Position numbers and translations under genes: made by a program | Source: an uncultured Candidatus Binatia bacterium | Lineage (GTDB): Bacteria > Desulfobacterota > Binatia > UBA9968 > JAJDTQ01 | Assembly (NCBI GenBank): GCA_965242525.1 | Contig: OZ251459.1 | Coordinates: 352,001 to 416,000, forward strand | Length of the DNA stretch: 64,000 nt | Direction of reading: 5' to 3' | In this document: piece after piece, positions 37,583 to 47,127 of the stretch | Numbering within the stretch: the stretch's first letter is position 1 | Layout: each line of letters starts with the position of its first letter | The notes under the pieces: generated by a model | Told to the model about the DNA's origin: nothing | Seen by the model: only the letters and a program-made list of their open reading frames with translations | Database searches by the model: none

Positions 37583-39220
37583 ATGCCTACGCACTATCGC
37601 GACCTCCTGAAAGAGCTCCGGCTCGCGTTTCCCCAGCCCGTGTCCGACCCGGTCCACGACTCGTATTTCGTGCACTCCATCATGCGCGCCCTGGACCAGG
37701 TGGACGCCATGAAGACCCAGTTGCCCATCCTCGGCTCCGGCGTGGCGGGGGACTTCGAGGAAGCCAGGAACGCGGCGTTGCCCGCGCACGCGTCGTCGGT
37801 GGAGTCGGTCACGTCCGACCTGGTGGGCTACCTGCGCGGCATCCCCGTATTCGGCCATCCCCGCACCCAGCAGAACGTCATCCCGCCGCCGACCATACCG
37901 AGCCTCATCGGCGTCCTGCTCTCTTCGCTGCACAACGCCAACGTGGTGTGGGACGAGTTCAGCCGCCTGGTGGCCCTCGCCGAGGTGGAGGCCGTGGGCG
38001 TCACCGCCCGGTTGGTGGGTTACGACCCGGAACGGGCCGCCGGAGTGTTCACCTTCGGCGGTACCGGCACGTCGCTCTACGGAGTGAAGATCGGACTGGA
38101 GAAGGCGTGTCCCCAAGCCATGCAGAAAGGCGTCGCCGAAGACGCGGTGGTCCTGGTTTCGGAGGCCGGGCACTACTGCGCCGCCAACGTCGCAGGGTGG
38201 CTCGGCATCGGCGCCGACAACCTGGTCATGGTCCCCACCACGGACGACAACGAGATGGACCTGGCCCGACTCGAAGAGGCCGCCCGGTCGGCGCTGGCCG
38301 GCGGAAAGAAGATCGCCGCCATCATCGCGACCCTGGGGACCACCGATGCGTTCGGGTTGGACGACCTGCAGGGGACCGTGGCGTTGCGGGACGCCCTGGT
38401 GGAGGAGTTCCAGCTCGCGTATCGTCCGCACGTGCACGTCGATGCGGTCATCGGCTGGGCCTGGTCCGTGTTCAACGGCTACGATTTCGAGCGCAACCCC
38501 CTGGGGTTCCGGCCGCGCACGGTCCGGGCCCTGGCGGGCGCGTGCCGTCGGATACGCCACCTGTCGCTGGCCGATTCCATCGGCGTGGACTTCCACAAGA
38601 CCGGCTTCGCCCCGTACATCTCCAGCCTGGTGGTGGTCAAGGACCGCGGGGACCTGCAACTGCTGGCGCGGCGCCCGGAACAGATGCCGTACCTCTACCA
38701 GGACGGCGAATACCGGCCCGGCATGTACACCCTCGAAACCTCCAGGGCGGGCGCCGGGCCCTTGGCGGCCCTGGCCAATTTCCGATTGTTCGGCGAGCAG
38801 GGGCTGCAGGTGGTGATCGGGCACGCGGTCGAGATGGTGCAGCTCCTGCGCGAGCACCTGGAAGGGCGCGAGGGAACCACCGTGCTCAACCGGGACAACT
38901 TCGGCACGGTGACGCTCTTCCGGGCCTATCCGCCGGGCGTCGATACCTTTTCCATCAAGCGCCAGGAGTTCGAAGACCCCGCGTACCGGGACACCCTGCT
39001 CGCCCACAACGACTACAACCGGAAGATCTTCCGGCACGTGCACGCGGAGGCCATGGCGGGCCGCGGCGTGGTCATTTCCTCCACCGACTGCTACCGGCGG
39101 ACGCGCTACGGCGAGCCCATATTCGCCCTGAAGTCGTACATCCTCTCGCCCTTCGTCGATGAACGCGACGTCGAAGCGGTAGCGGAAAAGATCCAGGAGG
39201 CCCGGGAAACGGTCTCGTAG
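37583..39220 (+). CDS. Group II PLP-dependent decarboxylase
   Basis: TFGGT, GHY, GTTDAFGLD, HVDA and PLP lysine in DFHK. Confidence 0.85.
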   Translation: MPTHYRDLLKELRLAFPQPVSDPVHDSYFVHSIMRALDQVDAMKTQLPILGSGVAGDFEEARNAALPAHASSVESVTSDLVGYLRGIPVFGHPRTQQNVIPPPTIPSLIGVLLSSLHNANVVWDEFSRLVALAEVEAVGVTARLVGYDPERAAGVFTFGGTGTSLYGVKIGLEKACPQAMQKGVAEDAVVLVSEAGHYCAANVAGWLGIGADNLVMVPTTDDNEMDLARLEEAARSALAGGKKIAAIIATLGTTDAFGLDDLQGTVALRDALVEEFQLAYRPHVHVDAVIGWAWSVFNGYDFERNPLGFRPRTVRALAGACRRIRHLSLADSIGVDFHKTGFAPYISSLVVVKDRGDLQLLARRPEQMPYLYQDGEYRPGMYTLETSRAGAGPLAALANFRLFGEQGLQVVIGHAVEMVQLLREHLEGREGTTVLNRDNFGTVTLFRAYPPGVDTFSIKRQEFEDPAYRDTLLAHNDYNRKIFRHVHAEAMAGRGVVISSTDCYRRTRYGEPIFALKSYILSPFVDERDVEAVAEKIQEARETVS

Positions 39221-39385
39221 AGGCGGGGCCGCCCTACGTCTCCGTCGTCGCCTCGTGTCGGATGCGCGCCCGCACCTTGGCGCACGGCTCCGGCGGGCGT
39301 CCGCGGCTCGAGAAGGGCGCATCGCCGCGGGCATGGGGTCCGGGCGGCCTTGCATGGGGTCCCTGCCGCCGGTATGCTGGAGGGC

Positions 39386-40279
39386 ATGATGAACGCGGGA
39401 GAACTCACCGGGCGGCGGTTGGCCACCGGCGCGGTCGTGCTGCTGGTCCTGGCGGTGCTCTGGGGCAGTTGGGTGGTGGTGGAGAGCGGCCACGTGGGGG
39501 TCGTGCGCACCCTGGGGGCCGTGCAGCCGGATCCCCTGGCCGCGGGCTTCCACCTGAAGAAGCCCGTCCTGGACCGGGTGGAGCAGCTCGACGTGCGCCT
39601 GCGCAAGGCCGAGGCCGACGCCAGCGCGGCCTCGAAGGACTTGCAGGTGGTCAGCACCAAGGTCGCCGTGCAGTACTCGCTCATCGGCTCGGTGATGCCG
39701 TTGACCTACCGGAAGATCGGGGCCCGGGCCGAGGTCGTCGAGCAGAACGTCATCTACCCGGCCATCCTGGAGTCGGTCAAGTCCATTACCGCCAAGTACA
39801 CCGCGGAAGAGCTGGTCACCCGGCGCGCCGAGGTGAAGGTCCAGATCCAGCAGGCCATCGAATCCAACGTCAACACCACCCTGGAGCAAAAGGAAGTCCT
39901 CGGCGCCGTGGCGCTGGCCAACGTGGCCATCACCGACTTCGAGTTCTCGGCCGAATTCAACCGCGCCATCGAGGAGAAGGTCCGCGCCGAGCAGGAAGCG
40001 CTGAAGGCGCAGAACGAGAAGCTGCGCCGGGTGACGCAGGCCGAGGCCGCGGCCGCGGAGCGCACCCTGGCCGCGGACGCCGAAGCCTACCAGATCGAAG
40101 TGGAGTCGAAGGCGCGCGCCGCGGCCATCCGCCGGGAAGCCGAAGCGCTGAAGGACAACCCCGACCTGATCCAGCTTCGGATCGCCGAGAAGTGGGACGG
40201 CAAGCTGCCGCAGTTCTCCGGCGGCAACGCCGTCCCGTTCCTGAACATCGACGCACTCAAGGACCGGCGGGACGAGTAA
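39386..40279 (+). CDS. SPFH/prohibitin family protein
   Basis: TM helix; GHVGVV, SKDLQ.V, FS.EF..AIEEK and IAEKWDGKLP motifs. Confidence 0.9.
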   Translation: MMNAGELTGRRLATGAVVLLVLAVLWGSWVVVESGHVGVVRTLGAVQPDPLAAGFHLKKPVLDRVEQLDVRLRKAEADASAASKDLQVVSTKVAVQYSLIGSVMPLTYRKIGARAEVVEQNVIYPAILESVKSITAKYTAEELVTRRAEVKVQIQQAIESNVNTTLEQKEVLGAVALANVAITDFEFSAEFNRAIEEKVRAEQEALKAQNEKLRRVTQAEAAAAERTLAADAEAYQIEVESKARAAAIRREAEALKDNPDLIQLRIAEKWDGKLPQFSGGNAVPFLNIDALKDRRDE

Positions 40280-40330
40280 CCCGCGGCCCTCCCTGGAACG
40301 CTGCCCAGCCGGGTCCCCGGGCCTCTGCCG
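40265..40330. repeat. Direct repeat A, copy 1 (SPFH 3' end plus downstream); pairs with 42865-42930
   Basis: 66 bp, 6 mismatches by manual alignment. Confidence 0.9.
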
Positions 40331-40470
40331 ATCGGACCACTCTACCCCCGGCCCGTCAGGAGGCGTCGAGCCTTCGGTGGAGCCACCGGAGGATGGTGGG
40401 GAAGACGTCCGGGGACTCGCCCATGTGGCCGCCGGGAAAGAGGCGCATGGCCTTGGGGTCGCCGTGCTCC
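40331..40470. repeat. Direct repeat B, copy 1 (duplicated 3' end of the alpha/beta hydrolase); pairs with 46988-47127
   Basis: 140 bp, 4 mismatches; encodes EHGDPKAMRLFPGGHMGESPDVFPTILRWLHRRLDAS on the minus strand. Confidence 0.92.
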
Positions 40471-40686
40471 GCGGCTGACGGTTGCTCGCACTGTGCCTGG
40501 GAGTCTGGTACACAAGGGTCTGCCCTCGACGGACGAACCGGCCCCGGCCGAGGAGGTCCCGTGGATTTCGAGTTGGCCCATTGCCCTGTCCGGTCCCTGT
40601 CCCGGGGCGCTGCCACGGAATATCGGGAAGGCGCGCCGGTTGTCAACCGCGAAGCACTGCGCTCCTGAACCCTCATCGGGGTTGCC

Positions 40687-41763
40687 ATGAACGAAGTCTC
40701 GGACAAATACGACGTTTTTCTCCGCACGACTTGCGGGACGATCCTCCACGGCGACTGCATGGACGTTCTTTCCGATCTCGAATCGGATACCGTCGATCTG
40801 ATCATGACCAGCCCCCCTTTCGGGCTCGTCCGAAAGAAGGACTACGGCAACGTAGCGTCCGAGGATTACAACGACTGGTTCAGGGCTTTCGGCATGGAGT
40901 TCCACCGGGTGCTGAAGGACAGCGGGAGCCTGGTGATCGACATCGGCGGGGCATGGAGCAAGGGCCAGCCGACCCGAAGCCTCTACCACTTCAAGCTGCT
41001 CATCATGCTCTGCGAGGAAGCGGGATTCCATCTTGCCCAGGACTTCTACTGGTGGAACCCGTCACGTCTGCCTACGCCCGCCGAGTGGGTCACGGTTCGA
41101 CGCGTGCGCGTCAAGGACGCCGTCAACACGGTGTGGTGGCTTTCCAAGACCCCCTGGCCGAAGGCCAGCAACAAGAGGATCCTGCAACCGTACAGCGCGT
41201 CCATGAAGACCTTGCTCAAGACCGGCTACCGGGCAAAGAAACGCCCCTCGGGTCACGACATCAGCGACAAGTTCGGGACCGACAACGGCGCGGCGATTCC
41301 GCCGAACCTGATCGCCATTCCCAACACCGAAAGCAATTCATTCTATCTTCGCTACTGTGAAGACCACCGCCTGAAGCCGCACCCGGCGCGGTTTCCGACC
41401 GAGCTTCCCGAATACTTCATTCGAATGCTGACGGACCCGGGGGATGTCGTCGTCGATCCGTTCGGAGGTAGCTGCGTCACAGGGGAAGTCTGTGAGCGCC
41501 TGGAACGCAAATGGACCTGCATCGAGTTGATCGAGGACTATTGCAAGGCGGCGAAAGGACGCTTCGTTCGGGCGCCGCTGCAAAATACGACGACGGGCGC
41601 TGTGGATGACGGCAAGACCTATTATCAATTGCCCCACCCCAGGATGTTGTGGAAACGAGACGAGGACGAACCGCTGGCGGACGACGGCGGCAAGTCGCGC
41701 CCGAAGAAGGCGGCAAGCACACGAAAGGCGACTCGTCCCGGCACGCAGATGGAATTGATGTAA
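40687..41763 (+). CDS. Site-specific DNA methyltransferase, beta class, probably m4C (M.PvuII-like)
   Basis: TSPPF (motif IV) precedes DPFGGS (motif I); RKKDYGN, NPSRLPTPAEWV..RVKDAVNTVWW.SK and HPARFP resemble M.PvuII as I recall it. Confidence 0.85.
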   Translation: MNEVSDKYDVFLRTTCGTILHGDCMDVLSDLESDTVDLIMTSPPFGLVRKKDYGNVASEDYNDWFRAFGMEFHRVLKDSGSLVIDIGGAWSKGQPTRSLYHFKLLIMLCEEAGFHLAQDFYWWNPSRLPTPAEWVTVRRVRVKDAVNTVWWLSKTPWPKASNKRILQPYSASMKTLLKTGYRAKKRPSGHDISDKFGTDNGAAIPPNLIAIPNTESNSFYLRYCEDHRLKPHPARFPTELPEYFIRMLTDPGDVVVDPFGGSCVTGEVCERLERKWTCIELIEDYCKAAKGRFVRAPLQNTTTGAVDDGKTYYQLPHPRMLWKRDEDEPLADDGGKSRPKKAASTRKATRPGTQMELM

Positions 41764-41792
41764 GCGGGCATTTGCTCGACGGGTGCACGACG

Positions 41793-42833
41793 GTGGCGCG
41801 ACTCTCGAAACCGGACCTGCTGCGACTCGTCGAACGAGCGATCCGGGACAGCGGCTGGGGCTTTCTGAAACTCGGCGCACAGGACGAACACCCCGGCCGG
41901 TACCATGTCTATGGCGGTCGTGCGTCGCGTCGGATACGGGTTTACATCTGGAACGTGACCCACGGCGGCGGCGCTGCCCGATCCGCCACCGAATACCGCA
42001 TCCAGATCACGGGGATCATCGGCCCGGCGGGAGCCAGCGAGTTCGTTGCCGAACCCGAAGGCAGGACGCTCATCCTTGGCTGGTGGGACGAAATCGGCGT
42101 GTTCGTCGGGTTCGACTACACCCGACACAGCGGACCCTTGGGCGCGTCACCGTCCATACAGGTCAGCGAAGAAACCCTGCGAGCCGCGCACGTAGGCGGC
42201 TTTGCCGCGCACAACAAGGGCAACGGCGAAATCGCCGTTGCCTTCCGGCCCGATTTCATTGGCCATTACATCGAGAACCCGGGAAACCTGCATGACTGCG
42301 GGGTTTCTCCGCAAGTGACCCACCTGCTCAACAGGATTGGGGAGGATCCGGACAACGTCAGCGACGACGAAATTGCTCGCGAAGTTCCTGCGGAACGTCA
42401 GTACGCCGTTGTGTCCACGAGGCGGGCCTTGCGCGACATCGACTTCCGGCAACGGGTTCTGACCGCCTATGGCCATCGTTGCGCCATGTGCGGCATCCAG
42501 TTGAAGCTGCTCGACGCCGCGCACATCCTTCCGGCCGCCCATCCCGACAGCACGGACGAAACCAGCAACGGGGTTTCCCTTTGCACGCTGCATCATCGCG
42601 CCTTCGATCGAGGCCTGGTCACTTTCGATGGGAGATACTCCACTCATCTCAACGACAGGATGATCGCCGAGTTCGGCACCGCGGGTCTCGATGGAGGCCT
42701 CGATCAGTTCCGGTACAACCTGCGGCCTTTCCTTCTGCTGCCGCCCGACCGCCGTGACCTTCCGAACCCGGATTTCATAGAGAAGACGAACCGGATGCGA
42801 GGTTGGACGATGGAGTCCCCGCGTCGCGCATGA
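41793..42833 (+). CDS. HNH endonuclease with an uncharacterised N-terminal domain (putative restriction partner)
   Basis: FRQRVLTAY, CAMC, LDAAHI, NG..LC.LHHRAFDRG (HNH_2 type); GTG start inferred. Confidence 0.8.
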   Translation: MARLSKPDLLRLVERAIRDSGWGFLKLGAQDEHPGRYHVYGGRASRRIRVYIWNVTHGGGAARSATEYRIQITGIIGPAGASEFVAEPEGRTLILGWWDEIGVFVGFDYTRHSGPLGASPSIQVSEETLRAAHVGGFAAHNKGNGEIAVAFRPDFIGHYIENPGNLHDCGVSPQVTHLLNRIGEDPDNVSDDEIAREVPAERQYAVVSTRRALRDIDFRQRVLTAYGHRCAMCGIQLKLLDAAHILPAAHPDSTDETSNGVSLCTLHHRAFDRGLVTFDGRYSTHLNDRMIAEFGTAGLDGGLDQFRYNLRPFLLLPPDRRDLPNPDFIEKTNRMRGWTMESPRRA

Positions 42834-42864
42834 AGTCGGCCGGTTGCACGGATTGCCCACTCAT

Positions 42865-42930
42865 CGGCGGGACGAGTAACCCGCCGCCCTCGCCGGAACG
42901 CTGCTCAGCCGGGTCCCCGGACTTCTGCCG
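42865..42930. repeat. Direct repeat A, copy 2
   Basis: Matches 40265-40330; contains the TGA stop (42905-42907) of the AlbA_2 gene. Confidence 0.9.
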
Positions 42931-44155
42931 CATGGAGGGTCAGCAGGAGTTCGGCGTCGTCGATGAGCTGGTAAACGGGCTTCTTTCCCGAGAGGGCTTC
43001 GCTCTCCCCCAGGATGATCGGGACGCCTTCGCCGCGTTTCTCCATGTAGAAGCGGCGTCCCACGTCGCCCACGGTTTGCGCCACGGGTATATCCGCCAGG
43101 AGACTCGTGATCAGTTCGTTGCGCGTCGCTTGGCGCAGGGCGATGTTGTCCGTGGTAACCGTGTTCGGAAGGCTTCCGGGCGAGTAGATTTCCAGCCGAT
43201 CGTCGAACATGAAGAAGCGGACCTTCGAGCCGAAGACGGAGTAGTCGCGGTGCGCCACGGCGTTGACCACCGCCTCGAAGACCGCTCTTTCGCTGAACTG
43301 CGGCCTTTCGACCCGGTGGGGCGTCTTCATGGCCGAGACGGTCTGGTTCTTCAGGAGGAAGGCCATCGCCCCGTCGATCTGTTCGTTCAGCGGGCCGCGG
43401 ATCCTCCGGGCGTCTATCTGGTAATTGGAGTCCCGCCTCGTTCCGCGATAGCGCACCGCTTCGATATAGGCGTTGGGCAGGAACCGCTCGGGAGCCGTGC
43501 AACAGAACAGGACCCCGGCCGCCGAGGCCCGTAAGGCCCCGCCTTCCTCCTGCGACAGAAGGCCGCGTTTCAGAAGCACGACGTCGGCCGGTTCGCTCGA
43601 CCGGCTCGTATGGTTGGCCCACAGCCCTTCCGACAGGTCGTCGATGCTCGATTGCGGCACCGGTTGTTCCTCGAACCGGATCAAGCGGGCCTGGCTTCGC
43701 TGCTGGAACAGCCGCGCCAGGTACTCGGACGGCATCTCACGACGCGAGCTTCCCTGCCGAAAGAAATACCTCCCGGAACTGCTGTGAACGAAGAGACTGC
43801 GCGGGATCTCCACCTTGAGCACCGCCCGGAGGGCGCCGCTCTGATCGGGAAGTTGCAGCCGGAACGCATGGAAGGGAAGGGGAGGCCGGATGATGTCGTT
43901 GCAGATCTCATGGACGCAGCGCTCGACGGCTTCGAGTCGGTCCACCGGAATGCCGAGAACGTCCCGCGTCTTGTCGTCCACGCCCAGGACGAGCACGCCA
44001 TCGCGGGTGTTGGCAATGGCCGCCATCTCGTCGGCCAAGTCGTTTCGCTTCGGTTCCTCCACCCGGCCGCCCCTGAAACGCACTCTCTTGCATTCGAGCG
44101 ACGTGTCCTCTCCGAGGCGTATCCGTTGCAGCAGTTCTTCAGGGCTGTCGAACAT
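42905..44155 (-). CDS. Schlafen/AlbA_2 domain plus HATPase_c_4 (RecG C-terminal-like) protein
   Basis: GED..LECK, AIANTRDGVLVLGVDD, EAVVNAVAHRDY, DRLEIYSPG, RN..I and EKRGEG motifs. Confidence 0.85.
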   Translation of the reverse strand: MFDSPEELLQRIRLGEDTSLECKRVRFRGGRVEEPKRNDLADEMAAIANTRDGVLVLGVDDKTRDVLGIPVDRLEAVERCVHEICNDIIRPPLPFHAFRLQLPDQSGALRAVLKVEIPRSLFVHSSSGRYFFRQGSSRREMPSEYLARLFQQRSQARLIRFEEQPVPQSSIDDLSEGLWANHTSRSSEPADVVLLKRGLLSQEEGGALRASAAGVLFCCTAPERFLPNAYIEAVRYRGTRRDSNYQIDARRIRGPLNEQIDGAMAFLLKNQTVSAMKTPHRVERPQFSERAVFEAVVNAVAHRDYSVFGSKVRFFMFDDRLEIYSPGSLPNTVTTDNIALRQATRNELITSLLADIPVAQTVGDVGRRFYMEKRGEGVPIILGESEALSGKKPVYQLIDDAELLLTLHAAEVRGPG

Positions 44156-44163
44156 CCACGTTC

Positions 44164-46926
44164 CTAAAGCGCAATGCGGCGGTAACGGTCGTCCAATGCC
44201 TTGCGGCCGCCCTCCATGACGGCGCAAATGGTTTCTCGAACCTGTCGTTCCTGCAGGCTGCCTTCGCACTCCTTTCGTGTTTCCCCGAGCGACTCGAGGG
44301 CCGTCACCAATTCGGCGTCGCCGTTGACGACGATGTTCGCGTTGTGCGTGACCACGATGACCTGTCGATGGCGTTTGACCTCCCGCAATTGGTTGACGAT
44401 GAGGCCATAGATCAGGTGGTTGTCCAAGTCGTCCTCCGGCTGGTCCAGGATCAACGGCTCCTTGCCGTAGGAAAGCAGGAAGGCCAGGAGCGCTGCGGTC
44501 TTCTGGCCGGGAGAACCTTCCTGTATGGACCGGAAACTTCGTCCGTCGCCCGTCGCGCTGTACCGGACCTCCAGGGAATCCTCCGGAAACCACAGGTCGA
44601 GACGGTCCAGGGCTTCTGGTGGAAGTTTGCCGACGTGGGTCGTGAAGCGTTTGTCCGCTATGCCTGCTGCAAGGGCCGCATGGTCCGGCGTCGAGGCGAT
44701 CCGCCGGATCTTCTCCTTGACCTCCGCAAGATTCCGTTCCATGTCCTCAGCGCCGTCACCGTCGACATAGAGTCTGCCGAGCAACCCCTCGCCATCCGGT
44801 GTCCCGATGTCCTTGTCGAAACCTCCGTCCTCTCTCCTGAGCAACCCGCGGATCTCGCCTTCGACGGTCTCACGCGCGCCGTAGGGGAGAACCCGTATCC
44901 GGACATACGGGTTCTCCCACAGCACTTCGTCGAGAAATCCGCTTCGACTCCGGGTCAGTTCCTGTCGGATTTCGAGGAGTCGCTGCAACTGGGTTTTTGC
45001 CTGATCTTCAAGCGTAACGATCTGTTTCCTCCGCTCGTCCAATTCCATCAGCCGTTGCTCGATGGTCTGTCGGCGCTGTACGAGCTCGCCATAGGCCGCA
45101 GGGTCGCCGGCTCCTTCCCGGGACAGCTTTTCCTGGAGGGCGTGATAGTTTTGCGCTGCGGCATCGACGCTCCGTTTCCAGGAAGATCCATCCTTGCCTT
45201 TCCGCCATTCGGTGACGATTTCGTCCGCTTGCGAGGCAAGCGCCTCGACTTTCTTGCGAATTTCATCCAGGCGGCCACGCGTCTTGGCGGCATGGTCCAT
45301 CAATTCATTGTCCGCTACGGAATCCGCATCGAAGGAGGTTCCGTCCGGAAGATCCGGGACGATTTCAGCTACGGCGCGACGCAGCTTTTCGCCCGCGTCG
45401 ATCCAGCCTTCTTCCCATGACTCGACATCCCGTTGCTGACGACGCCCTTTCTGGAAGGATTTGAGGGTTTCGGCATGTCCTGCCTGCTCGAAGATGGCCA
45501 GTTTCCGTTTCACGTCGTCGAGCTCGCCGCGAAGACGCGGCTCCTCGGCAAGACCGACCTTTATCTCCCGGGTCTTGGCGCGCAGGGATAGAAATCGGTT
45601 TTCCTCCGTCTGCCATTTCTCGGACCAGGAATGCCGATCGACAGCCGGGGTTTCATCGACGACCTTCAACAACGCAAGCGGTGTCCTTGCGAGTTGGAAT
45701 ATCTGCTTCTGGCTGTAGATTCGCACGGGGAACCGTTGCCGCACGTCGCCTTCCGTCCGTTGCCATCTTCCGTCGCCGTCCTCGTGTTCGATGGGAACAA
45801 GGTCGCCTCGGCCGTTCCACTGGATGCGGAACCGGGAGCCGTCCTTCCGATAGACCACCCTGATGGCAGCATCCTTTGTAAGCAGTCCCTCGTCTTCCCT
45901 GTTCGCATAAATCCCATGGTATTTTTCAAGCTCGGGTCGCAGGTCTTCCGGCCATTCATCGTCTCGTCGCAGGGCAAGGCGGAGGAACTCGACAAGGGTC
46001 GATTTGCCCGTGCCCCTGCCGCCGATGACGGCGTTGAGCCAAGGGTTGAACGTTTGCTCGAAGGGATGCTCCCGTCCGAAATAGCGCGCATCCGTAACCT
46101 CGATGCCTTCGATGACGGAATCCGCATGTTCGTTGGGATCGGCGCCCCCCTGGTCGGATCGTTGAACGGAAAGCCGGCCGTCGAGCAGGGCGAGGCGCAG
46201 TCCCTCGATGTTGGGTGATCCCATCTTGACCCAGGTGAAATGGCTGCCGGGATGTCGTTGTCCGGCTTCCCCGCGAGGATGGTGGCTGTCCGAGCCGAGG
46301 ACCTCTGTCCAGTTTACTTTCCCGTCGGTGTATGACGCTGGTTTTGGGGAGTCCAGGTCCACCAGTTCCATGGCGAAGATGTCCTTGCACTTCAACACTT
46401 GCGTTAACGTCGTCCCCAATGAAACCTTAAAAAGCCCTTTATAGTCGTCCACGTGGGCGGGAATCGGGATGCCCCCGGCGGAAGCGACTTCGCTGGCCAC
46501 CTCGATGAACGACTTGCTCGTGACGTCGTCGCTCCGCCCCCTCGTTCCCGAATAGCCTACCGCGCCGCGAAGGGCTTCGAGGTCTGCGGTCGTCTTCGAG
46601 GGATCGAAGATCGCAAGCAAGTGGATTCCGTTGTTGACGGAAATCTCCATGCCCGGGAAGACGTGAAGCGGCCTGAACCCCTCCGGTTTCTCCGATTGAA
46701 GTTGGCCGAGGGCCTCCTTGACGAGATCGACCCACTCCCCGGTGTTGTGGTCCGTGACGGCGACGCAGTCGATGCCCGCGCGCATGAAGTCGAGCAGCCA
46801 TTCCCCGGGCGACCGTCTCCGAAGGGCTGCGTGCTTTGACCCTTTGCCGTAATCGTCGGACGCCGGCGTATGCGTGTGGAAATCGAATTTCCACCAGCGC
46901 GCGCCGTTCCATTTTCGTTCGGTCAT
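44164..46926 (-). CDS. PHP-domain plus SMC-like ABC ATPase fusion (TrlF/Ppl-like putative defence protein)
   Basis: DFHTHTPAS, VTDHN, PAH and GSDSH (PHP); IGGRGTGKST, coiled coil, SPGQK, ILDQPEDDLDN, VTHN and MEGG (ATPase). Confidence 0.85.
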   Translation of the reverse strand: MTERKWNGARWWKFDFHTHTPASDDYGKGSKHAALRRRSPGEWLLDFMRAGIDCVAVTDHNTGEWVDLVKEALGQLQSEKPEGFRPLHVFPGMEISVNNGIHLLAIFDPSKTTADLEALRGAVGYSGTRGRSDDVTSKSFIEVASEVASAGGIPIPAHVDDYKGLFKVSLGTTLTQVLKCKDIFAMELVDLDSPKPASYTDGKVNWTEVLGSDSHHPRGEAGQRHPGSHFTWVKMGSPNIEGLRLALLDGRLSVQRSDQGGADPNEHADSVIEGIEVTDARYFGREHPFEQTFNPWLNAVIGGRGTGKSTLVEFLRLALRRDDEWPEDLRPELEKYHGIYANREDEGLLTKDAAIRVVYRKDGSRFRIQWNGRGDLVPIEHEDGDGRWQRTEGDVRQRFPVRIYSQKQIFQLARTPLALLKVVDETPAVDRHSWSEKWQTEENRFLSLRAKTREIKVGLAEEPRLRGELDDVKRKLAIFEQAGHAETLKSFQKGRRQQRDVESWEEGWIDAGEKLRRAVAEIVPDLPDGTSFDADSVADNELMDHAAKTRGRLDEIRKKVEALASQADEIVTEWRKGKDGSSWKRSVDAAAQNYHALQEKLSREGAGDPAAYGELVQRRQTIEQRLMELDERRKQIVTLEDQAKTQLQRLLEIRQELTRSRSGFLDEVLWENPYVRIRVLPYGARETVEGEIRGLLRREDGGFDKDIGTPDGEGLLGRLYVDGDGAEDMERNLAEVKEKIRRIASTPDHAALAAGIADKRFTTHVGKLPPEALDRLDLWFPEDSLEVRYSATGDGRSFRSIQEGSPGQKTAALLAFLLSYGKEPLILDQPEDDLDNHLIYGLIVNQLREVKRHRQVIVVTHNANIVVNGDAELVTALESLGETRKECEGSLQERQVRETICAVMEGGRKALDDRYRRIAL

Positions 46927-46987
46927 GGTTCCGTCAGTCCAGTGTCGTTTCCCATTGGAATCACGCTCCCCTTCCGCGGCATCCTGC

Positions 46988-47127
46988 ATCGGACCACTCT
47001 ACCCCCGGTCCGTCAGGAGGCGTCGAGCCTTCGGTGGAGCCACCGGAGGATGGTGGGGAATACGTCCGGGGATTCGCCCATGTGGCCGCCGGGGAAGAGG
47101 CGCATGGCCTTGGGGTCGCCGTGCTCC
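46988..47127. repeat. Direct repeat B, copy 2 (within the intact hydrolase 3' end)
   Basis: Matches 40331-40470. Confidence 0.92.

Noticed and set aside
40356-40805. 149-aa ORF ending like the alpha/beta hydrolase
   Set aside because: Only the last 37 or so codons are the duplicated repeat B; the rest is antisense or non-coding sequence.
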